NCBI GenBank assembly: GCA_044229215.1
Contig: JBGATL010000018.1
Span: 5,068 to 52,953, forward strand
Source of the DNA: Flavobacteriales bacterium
GTDB taxonomy: Bacteria; Bacteroidota; Bacteroidia; Flavobacteriales_F; PHOS-HE28
Direction: 5' to 3'
DNA length: 47,886 nucleotides
Below, piece by piece: positions 17,390 to 24,821 of this stretch (positions within the stretch are counted from its first letter, which is position 1; every line of letters starts with the position of its first letter). The position numbers were made by a program, and so were the translations under genes. Below the pieces are notes generated by a model. That model did not search any database. It had not been told where the DNA came from and worked only from the letters and a program-made list of their open reading frames with translations.

Positions 17390-17683
17390 GCGGTAGTTCT
17401 TCTTGGCGCTCATCGGTTGACGAAATTGCGACCTTCGCCTGCCCCGAATCATCCGACCACCTCACGCTCCACTTTGCTCGTGCCCGGCCACGTGGGCCAG
17501 CATCGCCGCGCGGCGCTCCGCGCGATGTACATTGGTGCTCATGAGTGCAAAGCACCATCCCTGTCTTCAACCCATCAAGATGTACGTCGCCGGAGGCTTA
17601 CCGCGATCGCGCGCATCGGCGACCATAAGGCCAGCAGGCTCTCTGAACTACTGCCTCAGAACTGGCAGCCGTTAGCCAAGTAG
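17390..17683 (+). pseudogene. Remnant of an IS66-family transposase (C-terminal ~100 aa only)
   Basis: Translation ...LRPSPAPNHPTTSRSTLLVPGHVGQHRRAALRAMYIGAHECKAP...IARIGDHKASRLSELLPQNWQPLAK* parallels the IS66 TnpC C-terminus as I recall it (...RP.ALGRKNWLFAGS..GG.RAA..Y.LIETAKLN...VLARI.DHP..RIDELLPWNW). The N-terminal ~400 aa are absent. Confidence 0.55.
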
Positions 17684-17696
17684 CCCGCTCCTGCAA

Positions 17697-17719
17697 GGTG
17701 TAGTAGGCCGGACGCTTAC
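17697..17719 (+). mobile_element. IS66-like terminal inverted repeat (right end), copy A
   Basis: GGTGTAGTAGGCCGGACGCTTAC. Its reverse complement starts GTAAGCG, the characteristic IS66-family IR terminus. It lies 14 nt after the transposase remnant stop. Confidence 0.45.
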
Positions 17720-17766
17720 TGAGTACCGATCTTCGTCACCTGCTCAGTAATAGCAGAAGTCGGGAA

Positions 17767-17789
17767 GAGGTAGTTCCCCGGAGGCTTAC
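17767..17789 (+). mobile_element. IS66-like terminal inverted repeat, copy B
   Basis: GAGGTAGTTCCCCGGAGGCTTAC. It is identical to copy A at 17 of 23 positions and offset by 70 bp. Its reverse complement starts GTAAGC. Confidence 0.35.
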
Positions 17790-17853
17790 GATCTACTCGC
17801 GAATATAACTGACCTCTGCACTCGCAAATTCTTGGGTCATGTCCTGAACAAGA

Positions 17854-18453
17854 TCAGTATGTCGATGTTGGCTCCTCCTCAACTGGCAAGCGAAATAACA
17901 AACCGAAGCGTAAGTGCCAAACAATGGGAAACTGGGTGGTTCCGAGATCGGTGATCCGATACACACTGGAAACATCCTCACGAATCTGGTATGTGGCGTT
18001 GAATGACGAGAATATTTCTAGCCAATCCGTTAAACGACACCTCGGCACCAGCGCGGGTCCAAGTTCATAGATGTGTTGTTCTCCTGAGCTCACAGAGGAA
18101 AGGTAAGCTTCGGAGAATTGGCGATCGCAGAACGCCAATTCCACACCAGCATCCAGCCAACAATTCCTCCATAGCGAAAGTGACCTGTAGAAACCAATGC
18201 TCGCTGATGTTTCGTATGCTGACCGCCTTACTTCAAGTGAATCGTATCGGCCGATCAATCTGGCGGCGCGCAACGTGAGCGCATACTTGTCCTGAACCAT
18301 CCCGAATCGCAAACCTGCACCGTAGCCGAACAGCAGACCGTTCACGAAACTCGTTGGACCTTTCATCTCATACGAACCTACAAGATGAATTCCTTGAGCG
18401 TGCAAACCGGCTGATGCGAGGTACAGATAAAGAAAGTTGACCACGCGCATCAT
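17854..18453 (-). CDS. Small putative outer-membrane beta-barrel protein (hypothetical)
   Basis: Signal peptide MMRVVNFLYLYLASAGLHAQ, followed by alternating amphipathic strands (LLFGYGAGLRFGMV, YALTLRAARLIG, WLDAGVELAF, VWHLRFGLLFRL). Its ATG overlaps the S8 peptidase TGA (ATGA). Confidence 0.5.
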   Translation of the reverse strand: MMRVVNFLYLYLASAGLHAQGIHLVGSYEMKGPTSFVNGLLFGYGAGLRFGMVQDKYALTLRAARLIGRYDSLEVRRSAYETSASIGFYRSLSLWRNCWLDAGVELAFCDRQFSEAYLSSVSSGEQHIYELGPALVPRCRLTDWLEIFSSFNATYQIREDVSSVYRITDLGTTQFPIVWHLRFGLLFRLPVEEEPTSTY

Positions 18454-20390
18454 GGGAGCTTAACAAACCGCTTCCAGACTGAGGGACCGTCAAATTCTAC
18501 CGAAAGCAAATATCCACCTGCAGCTAACTCAGTCGTTGGCACGCGAAACTCAACTTGGCCTGTATACCCGTCTGAAGCCAACGGAAATGCAACAACCAGT
18601 CTTCCCTGCTCATCGTGCACAGTCACTCGAACCGGAGTGCGCTCTCCTCGATAATTAAGCCTAAATTCCTCGTTGACGGGGTTGGGAAACAACGCCAACG
18701 TTTCGCTCTCCGCTCCGTCCGAGACAGTTTGATTTGTTCCATGAATTGTGGCGTCGATACCGTCTTGAAGAGCGTAACCATCTATACATGCAACTAGGTT
18801 GGTGTTGGACCAGGCTTCTGTCCCATTCCCATCCGTCGCCCGCACCCTCACATAGAAGTCGCCGTCATAGTACGCATTCAGTACAAGAAGGTAGCTCGTC
18901 TGTGGATGTACAGTCCAAGTTGAAGATGTGGTAAGTCGGCTCTCCCAGCGGAAGGTATAGGGTGCCAATCCGCCGTACGCAGCGGCGTTACAGAAGACCA
19001 TCCCGTCGCACGCTGCACTTGACTGGGTTGCAAGCGTGACTGATACAGGGGTATAGGGAATCGCACAATCAAAGAACGTTGGGCTGATCTCAAACATCGC
19101 TGAACCCTGTCCTTGGGGATGTAGAAAGACCCCAGGTTCAAGGATGATCGATCCACCCGCTAAGCAAGCAAGGTCATTCTCCGAAGTGTGTGTGAAATCT
19201 TCCACGATGATATTTTGAATGGCAAGTACGTCGCGGCTCTGTTGTAAAGTCCCAGTCAATGTTCGGTCCAACATGCGCTGCTCCGAAATGGCCAACAGTG
19301 CCCGATATGCATTGAGGCGCCCTTTCCTGACATAAAGAAAAAGACTACCAACAGGGTCCGAATTGTTCAGGATCTTGTTCTTGATTTCACGTGCAATTTG
19401 CGCCGGATCCACTTTACTACCGTTTATCCAGTCATCGCATGCAGCCGAGTACATCAGTGCAATCGTGCCCGCCATCAGCGGTGCAGCAAAAGAAGTGCCT
19501 GGTGCGTAGTTGTAGTCGTCACCCTCACTTGTGGAGTAGATGTTTTCTCCAGGTGCCGCAAGATCAACGTAGGTCTGACTCCAAGGCGCACCTACTATAT
19601 TATTTTCTTCCCATAAGTTATCGGTTGGCGTTGTGGCAGTCACAACGATCAGATATTCACTCGAACATAGTGCAGGAAGATCATCCATAGCGTTGGATCC
19701 TGAGCCACCGATCTCATCTTTTCTGTTCTCCGGGCCACAGACATTCAAGATCCCAGCTGGCCCCAACTCATCGTAAACGGCACACCAGTCAGGATACTCG
19801 CTAGGCGTAGCCATGTAGAGACTCTGGGACAAGTTCGTCGCCACGACGTAAGCACCTGAAAGGCCGTTCGTTGAAAAGTACTTCTCCTTCAGTGCCAAGG
19901 CATATCTGTAACCTGCAACTACTGAGGACGGGGTGGAAGTGGCCACTCTGATCGGCAAGATCTGTACACCCCAACAAAGGCCAGCGATCCCTGTTCCGTT
20001 GTTCGCCTTGGCTCCAATGATCCCGGCAACGCGTGTTCCGTGGTCCGCTGAGGGTATAGTTGCATCACCGTCAAGAGCATCCCAGCCGTTCACATCATCC
20101 ACATAGCCATTGTTATCATCATCAACTCCATTGTTTGGAATTTCGTCTTCATTCACCCAGAAGTTAATGTCCGGGTGATCAAGGTCGAAGCCATCATCCA
20201 AAACCGCTATGACAATGTTATCACTCTGGATCGTGGTCGGGTCTGAGGCAATTGTCCATGCATCTTGGGCACGGATCTTCGATAAGTACCATTGCTCGCT
20301 CAGGCTTGGATCATTCGTGCTGACCTGCGAGTGGCAAGGCATGGTGACAAGAATCTGCACCAACGCTAGAATGGGCAACAGCTTTTTCAT
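18450..20390 (-). CDS. S8 (subtilisin-family) serine peptidase with T9SS type-A C-terminal sorting domain
   Basis: Catalytic triad contexts: VIAVLDDGFDLDHPD (Asp), HGTRVAGIIGA (His), GTSFAAPLMAG (Ser). Signal peptide MKKLLPILALVQILVTMPCHSQ. CTD: LALFPNPVNEEFRLNY...VTVHDEQGRLV...LAAGGYLLSVEFDG. ATG 20390 overlaps the upstream gene's TGA; the ORF-track start 20393 is a GTG. Confidence 0.85.
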   Translation of the reverse strand: MKKLLPILALVQILVTMPCHSQVSTNDPSLSEQWYLSKIRAQDAWTIASDPTTIQSDNIVIAVLDDGFDLDHPDINFWVNEDEIPNNGVDDDNNGYVDDVNGWDALDGDATIPSADHGTRVAGIIGAKANNGTGIAGLCWGVQILPIRVATSTPSSVVAGYRYALALKEKYFSTNGLSGAYVVATNLSQSLYMATPSEYPDWCAVYDELGPAGILNVCGPENRKDEIGGSGSNAMDDLPALCSSEYLIVVTATTPTDNLWEENNIVGAPWSQTYVDLAAPGENIYSTSEGDDYNYAPGTSFAAPLMAGTIALMYSAACDDWINGSKVDPAQIAREIKNKILNNSDPVGSLFLYVRKGRLNAYRALLAISEQRMLDRTLTGTLQQSRDVLAIQNIIVEDFTHTSENDLACLAGGSIILEPGVFLHPQGQGSAMFEISPTFFDCAIPYTPVSVTLATQSSAACDGMVFCNAAAYGGLAPYTFRWESRLTTSSTWTVHPQTSYLLVLNAYYDGDFYVRVRATDGNGTEAWSNTNLVACIDGYALQDGIDATIHGTNQTVSDGAESETLALFPNPVNEEFRLNYRGERTPVRVTVHDEQGRLVVAFPLASDGYTGQVEFRVPTTELAAGGYLLSVEFDGPSVWKRFVKLP

Positions 20391-22198
20391 CACTCACCGA
20401 GGCTGTTAAGTGCCTGCTTCAATAGTTCGTTCTCACTTTTTAGCTCGTTCAATTCACCTTTCATCCTGATCATATGCAGCGTCAACTCCTCGATCTTCTC
20501 CAGCAGCATCGCATCCGTCTTCACCACGTCCAACCCTTGCTCCACCATTTGCTTTGCGGAAGGCACACCCGGTAAGTGTCCATGCTCCTTGATAAAGGCG
20601 GCCACTTGTTCCAAGGACATCAATGCATACCCCGGCTTGAATACATGGTCGCTCCAATCGTTCCCGGTGTGCAGTGCCACCTTGATCCGGTCGGTGATGA
20701 TGCCCTTTTCAACGGCCAGCAGGTAATTGGTCGGTGTGGTTACAGCACCAATGGCCACACCGCCATGCTCATCGATGTAGATCCGATTCGCATCAGCCAC
20801 CTTGTCCCGGATGTAGAAGTTCTGATCCCCGGACGCAGTAAAGTCCGTTGCCAATTCCCACGTTGCGGTGTTGTCCGACTTCCTGAAATAGATGGAACCG
20901 GCGCTACTGGTCGCATCAGCCGCACGTATGCCCATACTCGGCCTGCCGGTTCCCGAGACCGAAAGCAGGTCCATGATCTCGTGCTCCCCGAATGCGACAC
21001 GGCCCCACGGATCGATCCGCATCCTGATCCTGCCCGTGGTGCCGCCCTGTCCACCATCTGCAAGGTGATCTCGCAAATAGAACTCCTGCGAGCCCGTTCG
21101 GCCATGGTCCACACCAAGCCCCCACCTCTGCGCGGAATTCTTCGAGAATCGCAACTCTGCCGCCGCACTGGTTCCGGGGTCATGGTTATCAAGTTCAACA
21201 ACAGTGCGCTCAGTTGTGGATGCAACCGTTAATGGGCTGGATGGAAGGGCCGTTCCGATCCCGACCTCGCCCGTTTCCGTGATCACAAGCCGCTGAAGCC
21301 CATTCGTCTGAATTCGCAACGGCCGATCACCCAATGTGCCAAGGATCGGCTCATCCGTTGCGCACAGGTCCTGAAAGGAGTTCCCATTCGTCTGCCAGTA
21401 TGGATAGGATCCGAGTGGAATACATGATCCTGTTGGTGTGGGGGGATAATCCGGCCATCCGTTAGCAAGTACTCCATCCGGCCTGCGGTAGAGCGGTCCC
21501 TCTCCTGACAACGACCCCAACAACTTGATGGTACCATCCGCCCCTAACCGGATGCTCTCCTGCCCGTTCGCCTTGAACACCACATCCTTGTTGTCGCTGG
21601 TGCCGATGAACTGCGTGCCGGGGTTGGTGCCCACATTGCCACCCATCTTCCAATCGTTGCTCTCGGGCTGCTCCAAGGCGATGGCCGCTTTCTCCACGCA
21701 GCCGTTAGCATCCGTTACCATTACCTCGTACGACTTGGCCCCCAAACCGCTGCGGTCCTGCGTGGTTATGGCCGCATCTTGCCAAACGTAGCTGTACGGT
21801 GGAGTTCCTTTTGCGACTTGCAGATCGATGCTCCCGTTGTAACACTCGAGGCAACTGATGTTCTTGCCGTTGGGGTAGACCAATGGATCGGCGAAGACCT
21901 TGAGTGCTTCCGGTTCCGTTAGGGTGATGTCCGCCGAGGCTTCACCGCCCGCCGCATCGGCCACTTTAAGCACGTAATACCCAGCGGGCAGTTGTGTGAT
22001 GTTGGCGGTGGTGGCACCGGTGGACCACTGGTAGGTGTATGGCGCTGTGCCTCCTGATACCGCGCTGGTCACCGCACCCACCTTGGCACCGAAACAAGGC
22101 ACGTTGCTGCCATTGTACATGCCCCCAGAGAGGCTAACGGAGAGTTGCTGGGCATTTACCCCCCCCCCAGCCAAAAAGGGCCAGCAGGGCGATGGCAT
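20390..22198 (-). CDS. Surface protein with two SprB-type repeats, a tail-fibre-like beta-rich middle and a C-terminal coiled coil; N-terminus disrupted by a G10 tract (intact start would be ATG 22223)
   Basis: SprB-type units: CFGAKVGAVTSAVSGGTAPYTYQWSTG...AGYYVLKVADAAG and CLECYNGSIDLQVAKGTPPYSYVWQD...YEVMVTDANGC. Tail-fibre-like segments: FIGTSDNKDVVFKANGQESIRLGADG and LRIQTNGLQRLVITETGEVGIGTALPSSPLTV. C-terminus: DWSDHVFKPGYALMSLEQVAAFIKEHGHLPGVPSAKQMVEQG...LLEKIEELTLHMIRMKGELNELKSE. Confidence 0.8.
   Translation of the reverse strand: MPSPCWPFLAGGGVNAQQLSVSLSGGMYNGSNVPCFGAKVGAVTSAVSGGTAPYTYQWSTGATTANITQLPAGYYVLKVADAAGGEASADITLTEPEALKVFADPLVYPNGKNISCLECYNGSIDLQVAKGTPPYSYVWQDAAITTQDRSGLGAKSYEVMVTDANGCVEKAAIALEQPESNDWKMGGNVGTNPGTQFIGTSDNKDVVFKANGQESIRLGADGTIKLLGSLSGEGPLYRRPDGVLANGWPDYPPTPTGSCIPLGSYPYWQTNGNSFQDLCATDEPILGTLGDRPLRIQTNGLQRLVITETGEVGIGTALPSSPLTVASTTERTVVELDNHDPGTSAAAELRFSKNSAQRWGLGVDHGRTGSQEFYLRDHLADGGQGGTTGRIRMRIDPWGRVAFGEHEIMDLLSVSGTGRPSMGIRAADATSSAGSIYFRKSDNTATWELATDFTASGDQNFYIRDKVADANRIYIDEHGGVAIGAVTTPTNYLLAVEKGIITDRIKVALHTGNDWSDHVFKPGYALMSLEQVAAFIKEHGHLPGVPSAKQMVEQGLDVVKTDAMLLEKIEELTLHMIRMKGELNELKSENELLKQALNSLGE
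22159..22168 (-). repeat. Homopolymeric tract, 10 x G on the coding (minus) strand, inside a signal-peptide coding region
   Basis: I counted C59-C68 directly on the plus strand (ttaCCCCCCCCCCag). Confidence 0.95.
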
Positions 22199-22604
22199 GT
22201 GTGGCGCGGCAGGGTTGCGGCATGGCCTTGGTGGTTTCTGCCCTCAAGGTATAGTGCGCCCATGGCGGTTTGATACCGACCTGTGAAAAACATTCTTTGG
22301 CACGATGATCGATGGGCGGGGGCGCTTGGTGTCGTTCAACGTGAGGGTTTATGAGCCGGTGAGAAAGAAATGGACGGTACAGGGCTGTGCGTACGCAAGG
22401 GTAGGAGAACGAAAACCCTGTACCTCGTACCCACGCACGCTCTCCCCATTCTGCGCCGCACTGTGTAGGAGTACGGATCTTCATCACCGATCCAGAAGGA
22501 ATACGGCCGTCCATCCCCTTGGCACATTATTCCCTGCGTTCCTCCAGCTCGGACCATGGCGCCACTATACGTCCACGTGGCAACCACAGCCGTTACATTT
22601 GAAC

Positions 22605-24821
22605 ATGCTCAATCGCCTCTGCCACGGTGCCCTCCTTCGAGTGGTCATCGCTCTCCAATCCATCGGTTCCGGAAGCGCGTCATCCGCGCAGCATGCATGC
22701 CTCGAGACCAAGCGTAACGCCCACGCTGTTCAGGCGAAGTCCAACGCGCGTGAACTGGCACCGATCGACCTACTCCACCAACGCATCTCACTCGATCTTA
22801 CGCTCGGCAATGTGATCAAAGGCGATTGCGCCATCCGCGCCGTGCCACGTGCGGATGGACTTTCATCCATTGCCCTTGACCTTGCAGCACTTACCGTGGA
22901 TTCGGTGGTGATGGATGGGGCCAACCTCGTATTCGCGCAAAGTGGTGCGGTCTTGAGCATCGACCTCCCTGCGCCCATGAACATGGTGGACACCATCGAC
23001 TTCACCGTGTACTACGGCGGCGACCCGGTCACCGACCCAAGCGGATTCGGTGGCTTTTATACCGCACCGTCGCTCACGTACAACCTGGGCGTGGCGTTCC
23101 AAAGTGTGCCGCATTCGTATGGTCGCACCTGGTTCCCTTGCCTCGACGACTTCGTGGAAAGGAGCACCTATGAATTCTTCATCCGTACGGCCGGTGGTAG
23201 AAAGGCCTGGTGCAATGGCACATTGATCGATCGGTACCCGCTGGGTGGTGACACCCTGATCAACCATTGGTCCTGCGCGGGGGAAATGCCCTCCTACCTC
23301 GCATCGGTAGCGGCTGCGAACTTCGTGGTGGCGCGGGATTCCCTGCCGACCATCGTAGGTGGCACGGTGCCCGTTGAACTGGTGGCCGCAGCCAACGATA
23401 CGGCTGAAATGCGTGCCTCTTTCGTCCATCTGGCCGATGCCTTCGCGCATTTCGAGGATCGTTTCGGCCCGTATCGATGGGAAAAGGTGGGCTACGTGCT
23501 CACACCTGTCGGCGCCATGGAGCATAGTACGAGCATCCACTATCCCACCTCGATCGCCGATGGCACACTCGCCTACGAGACCACCATGGCCCACGAGCTG
23601 GCGCACCACTGGTTCGGCAACCTCGTGACCTGCGATCGTGCCGAGGAGATGTACATCAACGAGGGGTTCGCCGAATACCTCAGCTACCTGTTCCTTGAAC
23701 ATGTATACGGCCCTGCCCGATACCTGGCCGAGGTGCGCTCCAACCACCGCAGTATGGTGCAACGTGCGCACCTGGTGGATGATGGATGGTGGGCCCTGGC
23801 CAGCATGCCTCAGGGTTGGACCTATGGCACCACCACCTACAACAAGGGCGCCGATGTGCTGCACAGCCTGAGAGGCTACATGGGTGATGAGGCTTTCTTC
23901 GCCGGGCTTACCAGCTTCCTGGGTACCCATGCCTTCCAACCGGTCAATACCGCGATGCTTCGCGACCACCTCTCTGCATCCAGCGGGATGGACCTCAACC
24001 CCTTCTTCACCGATTGGATCGAACAGCCCGGATGGGCCGCGTTCGAGATCGACGCCCAGCAGGTGACACCCGGAGAGGATGGGTGGATGGTTCAGTTGAC
24101 CGTGGGCCAGAAACAATTGGGGCCCGCAACACACTACACCGAGGTCCCGATCACCGTGGCGGTCGTTGGGACGGACACTACGAATGTCCTGCGCGATACG
24201 ATCCAGGTGGGCGGTGCGAGTACGGAGTTCAGCCTCACGGTCCCATTCGAGCCGGCCTTCGTCTGGCTCAACGATGACGAACGCCTCTCGCTCGCATGTT
24301 CCGGTAGTACGCACCAGGTGAGCAACACGACCGCCATCAATTCCACCCAGGCGAACTTCGAACTGCGGCCGCGGACCGGCCCGGCCACCTTGATCCGCAT
24401 GGAACAATACTGGGTCGCTGCGGATCCAGGCACCTCCAACACACCCTTCACCCATGTCATTTCACCCGATCGGTACTGGCGATTCACCGGCAACTGGACG
24501 GATCCTCAGCGCTTCGCGGGCCGACTCTTCTTCGACGGGCGTGATAACATGAACGTCTTGGATGCAGGCTTGCTCCACGACACCTTGGGCATCACCTTCC
24601 ATGAGGATAGCCTTGTACTGTTGCATCGACCCGACCCCGCCTCCCCCTGGATCATCTGGACCGACCAGGTCATCACCTTGGGTTCAGCAACGGATGGATT
24701 CGGGCGGATCGATGTGGATAGCCTTGCTACCGGCGAATATGCGCTGGCCTACCGAACCCGGTCAGCGATGTACTACATGTCCGTAAGGAGGGCCCGTCCA
24801 TCGCAGGAAGCATCCGCTTGA
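22605..24821 (+). CDS. M1-family zinc metallopeptidase (aminopeptidase N-like), secreted; its T9SS CTD is out of frame
   Basis: GAMEH exopeptidase motif (VGAMEHSTSI) and zincin motif HELAHHWFGNLVTCDRAEEMYINEGFAEY (HExxH plus a distal Glu). ATG 22605 gives MLNRLCHGALLRVVIALQSIGSGSASSAQ. The extension to 22305 is not protein-like. Confidence 0.85.
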   Translation: MLNRLCHGALLRVVIALQSIGSGSASSAQHACLETKRNAHAVQAKSNARELAPIDLLHQRISLDLTLGNVIKGDCAIRAVPRADGLSSIALDLAALTVDSVVMDGANLVFAQSGAVLSIDLPAPMNMVDTIDFTVYYGGDPVTDPSGFGGFYTAPSLTYNLGVAFQSVPHSYGRTWFPCLDDFVERSTYEFFIRTAGGRKAWCNGTLIDRYPLGGDTLINHWSCAGEMPSYLASVAAANFVVARDSLPTIVGGTVPVELVAAANDTAEMRASFVHLADAFAHFEDRFGPYRWEKVGYVLTPVGAMEHSTSIHYPTSIADGTLAYETTMAHELAHHWFGNLVTCDRAEEMYINEGFAEYLSYLFLEHVYGPARYLAEVRSNHRSMVQRAHLVDDGWWALASMPQGWTYGTTTYNKGADVLHSLRGYMGDEAFFAGLTSFLGTHAFQPVNTAMLRDHLSASSGMDLNPFFTDWIEQPGWAAFEIDAQQVTPGEDGWMVQLTVGQKQLGPATHYTEVPITVAVVGTDTTNVLRDTIQVGGASTEFSLTVPFEPAFVWLNDDERLSLACSGSTHQVSNTTAINSTQANFELRPRTGPATLIRMEQYWVAADPGTSNTPFTHVISPDRYWRFTGNWTDPQRFAGRLFFDGRDNMNVLDAGLLHDTLGITFHEDSLVLLHRPDPASPWIIWTDQVITLGSATDGFGRIDVDSLATGEYALAYRTRSAMYYMSVRRARPSQEASA

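Noticed and set aside
17246-17413. The minus-strand peptide MSAKKNYRKQTASFKSHGAIEV resembles the N-terminus of an IS3-type OrfA.
   Set aside because: The similarity is too short and vague. The same DNA on the plus strand continues the IS66 TnpC-like remnant, which is the better-supported reading.
17590-17601. A third copy of CCGGAGGCTTAC, identical to the core of IS66-like IR copy B.
   Set aside because: It lies inside the transposase-remnant coding sequence, and there is no flanking similarity beyond 12 nt. I could not distinguish it from coincidence.
22594-22601. TACATTTG, a match to the Bacteroidota -7 promoter consensus, just before the M1 peptidase ATG.
   Set aside because: It ends 3 nt before the ATG at 22605. 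A transcript starting from it would begin inside the coding sequence, and there is no alternative in-frame start nearby.
22863-24455. 530-aa ORF on the minus strand.
   Set aside because: It is antisense to the M1 peptidase, which has GAMEH and HExxH...E motifs. Its Arg/Gly/His/Val-rich composition is typical of high-GC antisense frames.
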